A DNA stretch of 64,000 nt, from contig OZ316897.1 in NCBI GenBank assembly GCA_973895155.1, positions 7,058,470 to 7,122,469 of the forward strand, written 5' to 3'. Shown here piece by piece: positions 42,104 to 54,690 of this stretch. The stretch is from Marsupella aquatica (Eukaryota > Plantae > Marchantiophyta). The notes under the pieces are model-generated. The model was not told where the DNA came from and searched no databases. It saw only the letters and a program-made list of their open reading frames with translations. A program made the position numbers and the translations under genes. The number at the start of each line of letters is the position of its first letter. Position 1 is the stretch's first letter.

Positions 42104-42443
42104 AGGTATGCTCAAATGGATGGTTACCCGCCGCACACTGGAAACCTGGCGGGTTACATCAATAGCAGAGTGGGTTGTAGGCATTCAAGTTTTAGGCCAA
42201 ACGCTGAGTGGCATGAAAACCATGACCAGACTAACCCTCATTTGCCCGTGGCTTGTATGCATTACATCTTGACCCATGCTACCTGCACCATTAGAGCAGG
42301 GAAAGAGATTCTTGTAGATTATGATTGGCATTGAGGAAATAACATACTCATAATATATGGACCCATTGTTGCATATTGCATTGAATCATATGTAAGAGAG
42401 TTTGATTACATAGGACTTTGTATTAAATATTGAATTTCACAAT

Positions 42444-45353
42444 TGTAGACTTGAGTAGGAAATACGTCAATGTTTTGCTTTGGAGGAGTAGTAATAACAA
42501 AATTTTAGTGATTAGTGGAGTTATTAAGTTTAGGAGAACTTAATAACTAGGGAAATGCAGTAGGGAAATAAATTGAGGGAGAATACATGTTGTTCTAAGA
42601 AGTATCAAGAGTTGAGTAAGTTATTCGGTAAGGACGAAAAGAAGTTACGATAGTTGGCAAGTCGGGTCGGAGGAATGACCTATACTTTCAAGCGATATAT
42701 TTTTCTAAGACTCACACTATAGGTGCTAGGTAGTCCCTAGACCACACATAAAAGTTATGAAGTCAAGTGGGGTCTTAACCTAGGAGTATTTTGGCAAAAA
42801 TTAAAATAACCAACTAGCGGGTCTCGGAGAAAATAGCTAAAGGGTAAATTTTGTGGTTTCAAGTTTAGAATTGAGTTTAGTATAACCCATAATATTCTTG
42901 GAATGTATTAGAAGTACTTGGTCACCTTTTCTTACTTTTTGGGAGCATCTCAAAGTTAAGGAAGAATAGTGCGCATTATAGATATGGGCAAACTTAGGTA
43001 ATTTTAGAAAAGTCATTATGAAATATTTAGCAAGTTGGATAAATTTAGGAGGGAGTCCTATATTCAGGGATATACTCAGAAGTCATTTTGGACCATTGGG
43101 TAATTTGTTTTTCTTTTGGGGGGGTCCAAAATAGCCAGGGAATACTTTTTTTCCAAAAAAAACCAGAAATTTTTCTTAGTGCAAACCGTGTCAACGGTGA
43201 CCACGCGGCAAGCATGAGGAGGGGAGAAGCAAGCATAAGGTCAAGTAGAGCCATAAGGGTCAAGCAAGAGGTGGGCTAATTGAAGGGCTACTTGCTATGG
43301 AGGAATAAGCAGCTGTGAAATTGAGTAGAGATGGCTGGCTACTGCTCATCAAAATAGGCTACTACTTATCTGAATATGCAGCTGCAAAATTAAGAAGAGA
43401 GGTTGTTGGCTGGCTGAGTGAGGAGAGCTATGGCTGCTGATTGGAATAGAGCTCACTATTGAGAAGGAATCAACCTGGCTGCTGCTACAAAATTGAAGGG
43501 TTGCCTGACTGATTGCAAGGCTGCTTCAAATTAGATTGAAAGGGTTGTTGAGTGAAGGACTGGCTGGCTGCTTTGAAGATCAAGTAGGGAGAAGAGGCAC
43601 CTGCAAACACAAGATGCTTCATGGGGCTGAGCTATGGAAGGCTATGAGGAGGGCGCAACGATCCCAAGAGAGAGCATAGCCATTAAGAATCAAGAGTGAT
43701 TGCTTAATCAACAAGCTATGGCTCCGTTTCCTTCTAGGCAATCTGAAATTTCTGAAATTTCTTCCCTGGCCTCCACATTCCTGAGTAATAGCGAGGATCC
43801 TCCCTTGGTGACACCTGGAATCCCCACAAGGGGCGTGTAAAGATTAAGTGTAAACATGATGCAATTTACACCTACTTTATGCCCAAAATGGCCAAATGAA
43901 AATGGGCATAACTTGGGCTAGGGGCATCCATTGAGGCCCAATTTTTTTGTGTTTGAAAAGGGGAAGGTAAAGCACTCCTTGTTGAAGGTAGAAACCCAGG
44001 AAAAGAAACACCCAAAGATATTTATAGCCAAGGCCAAGAGGGGGTCCCAATCACTTGCAAACCGGAGTCGACATAGGGGAATGAACACCAGATTTAGGGA
44101 CTGACCTTTCTTGCACCCATACCACTTTAGTTAGGCTCTAGGGAAGGGTACTTAGCTTTGGACAAAGATGCAAGGTTGTTAGGGTAAGGAAAGTAAGTTG
44201 ATAGGGCGGTTTACTTAGGATTTGTAAAAAGATTACAAGTAAAATAAGGTCAACTTTGACTAGGCATAACTTGGGACTCACTCACTCTTTTTGCAATTTC
44301 AAGTGGATTGGAAAGTTGGTGAAGAGGACCATAAGTGGGAGTATGTTTTGAGGTCAAAGCATGCAACTCATGTGTGGCATATTCCAAGGTTTGGAAAGAA
44401 TCAAAACAACAGGTTGTAGAGTGGGCTATGAACTATAGATTTGGACTTTGTGTGTTAGGAGGACTTGGGGGAGGTGCAGTGGGACCCCAGGTTGAGCTTG
44501 GTGTTGTTTGGAAGGAGAATAGTGTATAAGGTAGAAGTTTTCCTTTGTTAAGGGTCCATAATTCTCACTTCTCAAAGTAGAGGCTTTACCTTGCTAAGTT
44601 GGGACTAAGCTTGAGAAGGAGGTGAGATACATACTTAGTGTGAGGATTTTGTATAAGATCTTTTGTTGTAAGGATTGAGTATGCAATGAAAGAAGTTTTC
44701 TCAATCTTCATTGTGATCATTAAGTGTGAGAGATTTGAAGTGTATGAGAGCAAGAGAAGAGTCCATGTTAGGGTGCAACCTTGGCCTAAGCTTGAAGGGG
44801 ATGTGCTGGTACCCAACCAAGGCCAGAGAGACAAGGTTAAGGTGGAGCACTACTTTGGGACTTAGAGAGGATTGTATCTTGAGGGTGGAAAGTACCTTGC
44901 CTTGTGTGAGAACAAAAAGAAGAGTCCTTAGAGAGAAGAGTTATCTCTAGAGCTCAAAGGGGATGTGTGGGCCCAAACCAAGGGCAGAGGGGCAAGGTTA
45001 AAGGGTAACACTAATTTGAAGATCTAAGGGGGACTTAAGCTTAAAGAGAAAAGTACTTTGGGTTCTTGGGTGTTTTTGTGAGGGTCTACTCTAAGGTGAT
45101 ACAGCGTGGAGTGGATATCCCCCTTGCTACTCCTTGGAGTAGAGGAGAGAGGAAGTGTGTGAATGCAAAAGTAATGAAGGTGACTACCTCTTCAGAAGTG
45201 GAGAGCTGAAAGTACTTATGTATGGTGTAATTAGAACTTGCAAGCATATTTCAGAAGTTTTGTCAATCCTTTGTAACCCTGGTATGACATGGAACAAGTA
45301 TTAGGTAGTTTTTTAGGAGAAAGTCACTTAAGCTCATTGACAAGTGTTTGATA
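42444..45353. repeat. Long LTR-like repeat, same family as 5784-7788
   Basis: Both ends align with the 5784 copy; longer interior; no clear TSD. Confidence 0.75.
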
Positions 45354-45384
45354 ATATGTTACTCCTACACCTCACCCATCCATA

Positions 45385-48300
45385 TTGACAATGTCAGCGC
45401 ATGCTTTTCATCTATGTGCCACTCTAAATTTTTCTGATGAGAAAGATGATGACCTAGAGCCTATTGATATGGATAGTGACCATAAGGAATACCATGATGC
45501 ATATGATGGAGACTTTGATGAGGACGATGGAGATGAGGTGAATGCATCCATTAATATTCTTGAAGAGTTTGCTTTTGCCCACCTTTGGACCACATGCACC
45601 TGAGGGCAAGAGGCCTACCATGGAAGTAGACCAAGAAGATTGGGACCAGTTGGAAATGGAAGCCACAACTCCACTCTTCTTGGATTCTCATCATCATGGT
45701 ATATATAAGGTTCATTATTTCAAAATATGTATAGAGTTTAGGGTATGATCCAGCCCAAGTAGTGAATGTATTGACAACTTGTACATACCACATCCAATGT
45801 CGTACCTCAAACCAATCGCGTGTAATCCCCTGGTTTCACAAATGCAGGTTGGGTGCCACTTTGTTGATGTTGAATTTGCAGGGAGTTTTCAACACTTTGA
45901 ACGTCCATACAGTGCACTATATTCTAGCTATTCCACCAAAAACTCTTGCCCCAGCCAAACACTCTTCCTAGGTGTGTGAGGGAGGCTAAGAAGTTGTTAA
46001 CCTCAATTGGATTGGCTTTAGAGACTATCCATATGTGTCCAAGTGGTTGCATCCTATATAGAGGGACATACTTGGACCACATAGAGTGCCCAGAGGCACA
46101 GTGTAAGCTTCCACAATACCGGCCCGATACCATTGGCAACAAAACTTCCAGAGAATTGTGAGAATATATCTCCGACCTGCTAAGATTGCAAGACATTTGT
46201 TACAAAATTAACGTAGGACTCCATAGAGTTACGTTTCAAACAACGTTGTTTAAATTATCTAAATCTAGTTTTCCCATTTAACGTCATCTTAGTTAACGTA
46301 ACAAACGTTACATTGTATTTTTAGAGGTACCTTACGTATCAAAGTATGTAGGACGTACATTACATCTTTATAAACATCATATGGGTGACTATACATTGGT
46401 GATGAGGTTGCTCAAACCTAGCAACATTATGAACGTCATCATACTTTACGTCGTATAGGATGAGGTATTTCTGGTAAAATGTTGAGTTATTTGACGTTTA
46501 ATCTCAATTAACATCGGAGGGTTTGTTGTGATTGTGGTTTTGGCAGGTTTGTAGGTATTTCCCAATCACACCCCAACTACAGCATCTGTATTGATGGAAA
46601 CATCTGAGTGTCGGCACTCCAAACTTGGCATGTTGAAAACAAATCCCCACCAGAGACTATGCGGTATCACCATGACAGCCTTGCATGGAAGAATATTGAC
46701 ACCACTTGGCCAGATTTTTCTCTGGAGCCGCATATATAATGTTTGATTGGGGTTGGCAATAGATGGGGTAAACCCATACAAGCAATGATGCAAGCCTAAG
46801 TCCATATGACCAGTTCTCTTGATAAACTAGAATATCCCTCCATGGTTGGCAATGAAGAAGGGTCATGTTCTCCTCCTTGCTATCATTCTTGGTCCTCAGG
46901 CCTGTAAGAATCCGGAAATTTGTTTGGCTCCAATTTATAAAGAGTTTTGCAAAGCTATGGTGGGGCAGTGACCACAGATGTGACAAGTGCACGGGATAAT
47001 GGGAGGACATTTCATATGAGAGTGATGATCACCCACTGTACCACTGATGGTCCAGGTAATTCTCAGTCACTGAAATTTTTCAGACATGCACGGGGACATG
47101 CATTGTGGAGGGTCCTATATATTGCATGGGTCAATGTTTATGGCCTGAACATTTTTTTCATTTCATTCACAGGTATGGCCACAATATCTGGGTTGAAGGT
47201 GCATGGCTGGTTATCCAACTTGGCCTTCATATGGTCTTGAGTTGCATGGGAGATATTCTAAGCGTTTGCATAACACCACATATGAGGGTAGAAGGGGCCG
47301 ATTACCGATGGACGATATCTTGCGACATAAAACCACACGTTGCGCTCAGACTGAGTTTAGGCCATGTCCCAATGGGCCCTCAGCTAAGACTCAAATTCAA
47401 ATGGCGGAGAAAGTCATGTCGTGCGAGAGTGCATGGTTATCATCGCCCATCACCATACCCTGTGCACACCCGCTAGGATATTATGGTAGTTTAGGTTCAT
47501 CATTTAGAGGCCATATATGCAAGCTATAGTAGATATGCTTGGTGTTCTCTAAGCAACCATTCTCCTCTTAGTAGCACTTTGGGCAATGTTCTTGTAGCAA
47601 ACCCTGGTTGTTCTTGAAGCAAATAGTCTTTGTTAGGAGCACTCCAGAGCTAGTATACTTAGATTGCTCATGAGTTTATGAGTCGATTATGGGTTTAATA
47701 AGTCAGCTTCCCTTCAGTCAGTTAGGCAAATAAACGTATTCCTAAGCTTAATGCGCAAAAACACATTCACTTCAGTTGTTCGTTCTTGAGTCTTAGCTTT
47801 AGCTTTGCAAGCACTTGGCTATGGCAGCACACTCCATGGCACCTCCACACATTCAAGGATTGACTATGACTAAAGAGATGCTCCCAGCACATCATGGCAC
47901 GGTGCTGGTTTTCATATGCACTACTCACTCTACATGCTACATACGTATTCCTTGAATCATTTCAAATTTTTATAATTTTTTTGCCACGCAAACCCCGTGG
48001 CAGAGGAAACATGCAGAAGCCATACACAGTGCAGCCCAACAGCCACATCACAAAGCACACCGCCAACACCAGCAAGCACAGCCACCAATCAGCATTGCCC
48101 CAGTGCAGCAGGGGGCAGCCACTAATCTACCATGAGCGGAGTTTACTCAGCTGGATACGTATTACATACAGGAGTTTACAATAGGGTCTTTCATGTCCCA
48201 ACATTTATTCATCTTGGTGTTAATGGACAACCATGTACATTATCTTTCTGGTTTTTTATTTTGTTGTGTTACTTGGATGCATATGGTACATGTCTTGATA

Positions 48301-49662
48301 TCTTATGCTACCAACTATGTATGTCACGACAAAGGCAAAGTTACTTCAACCCAAGCACTGTCGTGGGACTTTGCCTTATTGGAGGGTAAGTAAATTAAAA
48401 CTGGGCCTCATTTAAGTTAGTGACTTGTAGTATTCTCATTATGAGTTTCTCACTAGCAAAACATGATTTTCCACTCATTTTGCAGATCCTCGATCCAAAT
48501 CCAATGGTTGTTGGACCCCATGCATATTGAAGTGAATGTTGCCAAGAATATAGCGAAGCACATTTATGGGAGGAATGATACTCCTGGGGTCCAAGAGGAT
48601 GCAAAGAAAGTTGGAGTGGTAAAGAGTTGTTGGATAACTCAAGTTGGGGAGAAGCCCGCTGCTCCTTAGGTTATGCCAAAGGAGATTTTGAACGGGATGA
48701 TATGTCTTACGTTCAAAATCTCCTTTGGCATAACGGCTAGCCATTACAGAGCAGGTTCTAAGGTTGCACTACAAGGGATGAGCACATAGTTACCCCCAAC
48801 AGGCTTGAAGTCTCACAATTATCACAAGGTGATTCAACATGTTGTATAAGTTGTCTTGCGTTGTTGTGATGATTCTAGAGAGCTAAGCCTACTTTGACTC
48901 ACAGTATATGAGATGTGCTCCATTTTCAGGTTACCATTGAAAATTAAATTCATGTACTAGTTGGAAAATGTGGGAGTTAATCTATTCAAAGCATGTGTTT
49001 ATGTACTAATAATTTGAGGCCCATTATGGGTGCCTTGTGAACAAGTGGGTATGCGCAAAGGAGATAAAGGAGAGTGAGATTATGGAGATGAGGGAATGGT
49101 CAACACATGTTATGTGCAATATGGAGAAGATGTTTTTTACCATGTATTTTTGACATGCAGTTGCATTTGCTATGTCATCTAGTGGACGAGGTAGCCATTG
49201 CTGGTCCAGTACACGCGCATTGGATGTATTGGGTAGAACGCTACATGACAATGCTCAAGTCTTGGGTGAATCAACCCGCTCGACCAGAGGGAAGTATGGC
49301 AACATGGCATATTTTGTCGGAGTGCCTCTTCTACTCTGGTGGGGTGATAGGGAGTTTGGACACAAGGCTCCCACAACTTGGGAAGAGGCACAAGATGATG
49401 AGATTGGTGGATTGCGAGTGATGGGCGCATCAAAGAAGCAATCATTACATGGAGACATTTTCTGATGACAGATCCACAATTATGTGTTGGAGAATCACAC
49501 TGAGATGTCAGATTGGAGAGAGCTATATAGGTAGGGAGGTCATCCTTCATGTTGAGTCCTACTTAGATGGAAATGTAGATGGATAATTGTAGGCAACAAT
49601 GTCTAATGTATATGTGACCCTATACTTGGCAGGGCATGGGTGGAGCAGCAACGGATAGGGGC
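45385..49662 (+). mobile_element. Decayed, intron-containing CACTA (En/Spm) TnpD-type transposase
   Basis: LPRCVREAKK..IHMCPSGCILY..CP; DGVNPY; LDPMHIEVNV; HLLCHLVDEV..GPVHAHWMYWVERYM..ARPEGSMA. Confidence 0.9.
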
Positions 49663-50277
49663 TGTCATGCGCATAAACATCGCTACACAACATACATCGC
49701 TTGTCACACATATCTAAGCATAGTCACAATCAACATCACAAACATAAGAGAATGGAGTACAAGTGGAGCTCCTATCCACGCATGTCCAAAACCCACAATC
49801 GGCAACAACAATCTTCAAGAGCAATCAAACAACGATTGATGCCAATCAAACACACAATCCTGCCCGACGCGATCACATGCTTATGTCAAGCCAAACGCAC
49901 CTTGCGCCTCAAAGAATCCACGTTACATACACACAACCTAGACAACCACACCATAGCCGCTAGAGCTTTGCTTGAAAGGCTCAACATCAAAAGATGAGAC
50001 CTTTGAGCCAACACAAAGAGATATATAATTATCCCTCACAAACATACACTAACCCTAAAACACTTAGATAACACACATATGAAAGCATCAAACTTGCATA
50101 GTCTGATATCCTATACTACCACTCATATTGGTGTGACAGCTGTCGTGTGCATAAACATCGCTACACAACATACATCGCTTGTCACACATATCTAAGCATA
50201 GTCACAATCAACATCACAACATAAGAGAATGGAGTACAAGTGGAACTCCTATCCACACATGTCCAAAACCCACAATC
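49663..50277 (-). repeat. 3' LTR region of the DNMT-Gypsy: full LTR (49663-50138) plus partial tandem copy (50141-50277) next to the PPT
   Basis: TGTC...GTGACA termini; about 137 bp duplicated; CCCCCCT tract at about 50279. Confidence 0.7.
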
Positions 50278-50449
50278 ACCCCCCTAGTTGGGAGTGAGGT
50301 CCCCTAACTCTAGCTAGCCATAAGTTTTACAAGGTTGAAATACACCTTTTTAAGTGTGGAGATAAGGAGGCCGAGTGCAAGTGAGCCCCATCGATCACCT
50401 TCCTGCAATCTATACCTTCCATGAGAACACCAATGGTAACTAGTCGGCT

Positions 50450-50600
50450 TCACCAATATTGAGGACACAACCATGATCCACTAGGAATCACCTCTAATGG
50501 TGGTGTCAAACATGACATATGCCATCCTCTAGAACACTTATCACAAATCAACATAGTGGTTGCTCCTTGAGCAGATCCACACAACATACACTTCAAGCCG
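50450..50600 (-). CDS. PHD finger at the integrase C-terminus
   Basis: CMLC..LICDKC..WHMSCL.PPL..IPSGSWLCP; the last Cys appears mutated to Tyr. Confidence 0.9.
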
Positions 50601-51168
50601 GCACGAACATAAGCAAAAATTGGATCTACAATACCATCAATGTTTGAAAGATGACATGGTGCACAATTGTGCACATGATCCTTCCAAACCATACCATCAC
50701 GTCCTTCCAACATTAGGACACCAGAAGACAACACTTCACGCACACGTAAGATTGTTCAACCCGCGGTCACATCAAGTGTTGTTGGTGCGATTTGCTGCAA
50801 ATAAACAAAATCACCAGGACGAAACCGTCAAATCCTCGCACGACAACCTCCTCCATGAATAGTGACATACCTCAAAGTATCACGATGTTGGGCAATGGCA
50901 AGGTTGTCAAAGGCCATGAGTATGACTCTCTCAAAAACTTGTTCCCTTTCTGAACACACCTTGACCCAAACATTGGGATCATCCAAATCCACAACAATTG
51001 CCACATCATGACAAATAGCCATTGGCAAATCTGGCTCTCTACCATAGAGCAAGAAATAAGGTGAGAAGGATGCAAGTGATGCTTGTCGACTGAGCCCATA
51101 GCTAGCCAAGGTAGCTAGAGATCCCAATCTCCCAAATGACCAACCTGCAAGCCATACTTACGCAATCT

Positions 51169-51398
51169 CTTTTTTTTCTTTCCATTTATTCCGCTTGAAC
51201 CCCATGGAGAGGGCAACCAGCAGGCCAAAAAAGGGCATAAAGAGAAGCCCTAAGGGGCAAGCAACAAAAGAAGATCTGTGATAATGCACGTCAGGGGTAG
51301 TGCAGATCCAAGTAGAGGGGAATTGCTTCCCTCATCCAAGTGCCTAAAATACTCCCAAATCTAGACAGTGCAAAAAGTCCTTAGCACATAACCACTCG
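51169..51398 (-). mobile_element. Short 5'-truncated LINE (or SINE-like) insertion in the integrase
   Basis: 14-bp TSD TACTTACGCAATCT (51155-51168 and 51399-51412); AATAAA and poly-A on minus; 3' end resembles the LINE 3' UTR near 11895-11930. Confidence 0.85.
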
Positions 51399-53769
51399 TA
51401 CTTACGCAATCTTCTCTTCACAGTTTGTACAACTCTCTCTGCCAATCCATCTGCCTCAGGATGATCACGAGAAGTAGAATGATGATCAATAAGAGCTTGC
51501 TCACACAAACCCTCAAACTCTCCACGGAATTCCATGCCCTGATCAGTCAACACCTCAGTTGGTGCTCCAAATGACTGAGTACTCAATCCAAAAATGTGAT
51601 AGCCACTCCTCCACTAGCTTTATATGACAATGCCACTAGTTCAATCCACTTGGAGAAGTGCTCCACCATAACCAAAACATATTGATTATGACGTTGGGTA
51701 AGAGGTAATGGACCAGCAAAGTCCAAACTCCATCAATATCCCAAACCCATTATCGATAACGGATGCAATTGGGGAGTGGGAGCATTGAACGATGCTCACA
51801 CTCAATCACATACCACACACTTAGTGATCAATTGTTGGACATCAGTACGCATACCATGCCACCAATACTGTGTCTGCAACAAGTTGTATGTGCGTTTCAC
51901 ACCAAAGTGACCCAACTCCTCGTGCGCATGTCGCACCAAACGTACTTGTTGTGCGGGTTTTGGTACAACCAACACCTTGCCATCACGTAGTATCCTCAAA
52001 AGATGGTTTCCTTCCCATCAAAACCTCTTGGCTCGTTGTAGAACCCTATCTCGCTCCTTAGCATCATAATTGCCAAAAATGGAGCCACCACACAAATATT
52101 CCAACACTCTCTTATCGTCATGAATATCTTGCTGCCCAAAAACTACCTCATCAACATCCATATATGAAGACTCAACGTCTACCCCATCCAATGAAGTAGA
52201 GTCCACAGATCCACTATATGTTGGAACCCAACAAAGAAAGGCAGATGCATGCCATCTTGACACACTCTCCTTATCTGACTCATCATGCCATCAAGCTCCA
52301 GTCTCATCCTCTTGACTGGTACATGGATTATGGCTCAACCCATCCGCATCCAAGTTCACTTTACCAGGCCTATGCACAACCTGGAAATCATACTCTTGTA
52401 ACAACAATGCCCATTGTGCAAGCTTCCATGTAAGCTTGTTAGACTCCATTAACCACTTGAGGGGCTGGTGATCAGTGATCAAGGTGAATGGATTACCAAA
52501 CAAATAGCAACAGAAATGTGATATAGCCCACACAACTGCCAAACACTCTCCCTCATATGAGCTATACTTAACCTTTGCTGAATTGTTTGATCTACTGGCA
52601 TATACCACAACAAACTCATTCCCCTCATCATCCTTTTGAGTCAACATTGCTCCAAGTCCTACTCCACTCCAATCAGCGTGTAGCTGAAATGATCATCCCA
52701 AAACGGGTCTTCTCAAAATAGGTGTTGAGGCCAATCTTTCCTTCAACTCTTGGAAAGCATGCTCTTGGTCGTCACCCCAAATCCACTCCTGGTCCAACTT
52801 AGTGAGTATAATTAAAGGCTTAGCAAGTTCGCTAAATCCTTTAACATATCATCTATAATAGCTTGCCAATTATCCCAAGAATGCACGAACTCTACTCACA
52901 TCAGTAGGACAAGGAATCTGTGTAATGGTCTCCACCTTAGTCTCTTGCACACCCAATCCTCCTAGGTAGATAGTGTGGCATGGTATATATATCAATCAGA
53001 TTTTTTCTGATAATTAATAGGTCGATAATCACCACACATTTGCCTATCTATGTAATTGCCACGCACATCCTTCTTGGCTGACATCACTATGGCAGATGCA
53101 TACTCCCCGTATGAGATCTCCACCAAACCAGCCTCCAACAAATCCTGAGTTCTACTCTGGATCAAAGCTCTCTCCATGTCACTATATCGATACGGTCATC
53201 AAAAGATTGGCGCATCACTAGCCAATTCAATCTGAATACCAAGACCCTTCAATGTCCCCAAATCCTTCATACTAAATGCAAAACAATTCCAATAACTCTT
53301 CAAGAATTGATGCATGCAACATCTCTCCCTCCCGGTCAACTTAGGACCAATCTGTGGTTCCCAACTCTCCATCAAAGCTGCGACATCTTCCTTTGGAGTT
53401 GAAGAGGCCACAAGCCATGGGCAGTGACTCTCCATCAAAGTAGTGACATCTTCCTTTGGAGTTGAAGAGGCCACAAGCCGTGGGCTATGACTCTCCATCA
53501 AAATTGTGACGTCTTCCTTTGGAGATGAAGAGGCCACAAGCCGTGGGTTGTGGATGGAAGAGTCAATCGCTTGTTGCTATTTCTCAAATAGTTTGAGCAA
53601 CCTCCTTGTGCTCAACAATATGTTTTGCCTTGGCCAATCTTGCCATAGGTCCATCAATCGTTTGCTTGCCCCTAGCTATGGCCGCTATTGTCTCGGTAGG
53701 CCGCAAGCTCACCAATGGACAAGTTGTAACATTAGAAGTGCGCATTTGCAATTGTTTAGCTAATCCCAA

Positions 53770-54690
53770 GCTGATAATCCAAGTCAAGCAATTCAAATCC
53801 ATGGTTTGACCATGGACTTGACAACGTGAATGCTCCGACACCGAGGCCACTCTCTCTCATTAGCGGTAGGCTCTACGAGTCGTTGTAGAGATGTATCCCA
53901 AACAAGCCCAAGGTCACCTACTTGAAATGCGTATGAAGCAGAATGGCTCATAAAAATGGGTAATGCACAACGCGGATGCCCAACTACATTGATTTCACCA
54001 TTGCCAATGGGGGTCGATCAGATTGGGTAACACTTTGTGCACGACGCCCTGGATCCAAAATACCATCCACCACTAAGGTTGTTGAGCAAGGTATGCCATC
54101 AAATTCTTGCTTCAAGACCTCACATGGTAACAAATTAGTCCATCGCAATCGTGGATGATGTGCACAAGAACCCACACATGCAACATCCAATAACATAGCA
54201 GGTCCAATACAAGATCAAACCTGATGAACACTAGGAACAATTTGATGACGATCATCACCCAATAATGGCACATTCTCCAAAATGTATGTAGGAGAATGTG
54301 TCTGATGCGTCTAGAGATGGCGCAACACACGTAACATCTCTCAAAATAATTCAGATCTTGGATCATGAAATCCATGTCCAATTCTAGATTGAGATTGACC
54401 CTGACATGGCCAACCCGCAATCACCAAATCAATGGGGCCAACACGATCCAAATGATCCGCCCCCAATAATGAAATATCAATAGGCAATGCATGCTGATAA
54501 CCACGAACGACATCCATTGGAAACAAGTGTGGATAATGTTCCACCAACATCGCTACATGAGGTAGTGAGATCCTCCGTGTTATCTCATCATTTTCCATGT
54601 ACAAGTAACAATGCACAGGAATTCTTGCTTGAAGAATAGCAACCAATCCAGTGCTAATCCCACCAAATAGATCCAAGAAACAAATACCCT
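53770..54690 (-). pseudogene. C5-cytosine DNA methyltransferase domain inside Gypsy pol
   Basis: Motif I LDLFGG (54659-54676); II YMEND; IV GWPCQ (54401-54415); VI ILENV (54269-54277); VIII AHHPRLRWTNL, all in one frame. IX-like EPTANER and X-like GQTMDLN follow. Confidence 0.9.

Larger units (their letters stand above)
33168..42334 (+). pseudogene. SET-domain ORF split by a Copia element and a solo LTR (33168-33547 + 41609-41767 + 42109-42334)
   Basis: Joined frame is open for 254 codons: STLGPDIGLGLFALVDI ... DGYPPHTGNLAGYINS ... PNA ... ILTHATCTIRAGKEILVDY. Confidence 0.78.
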
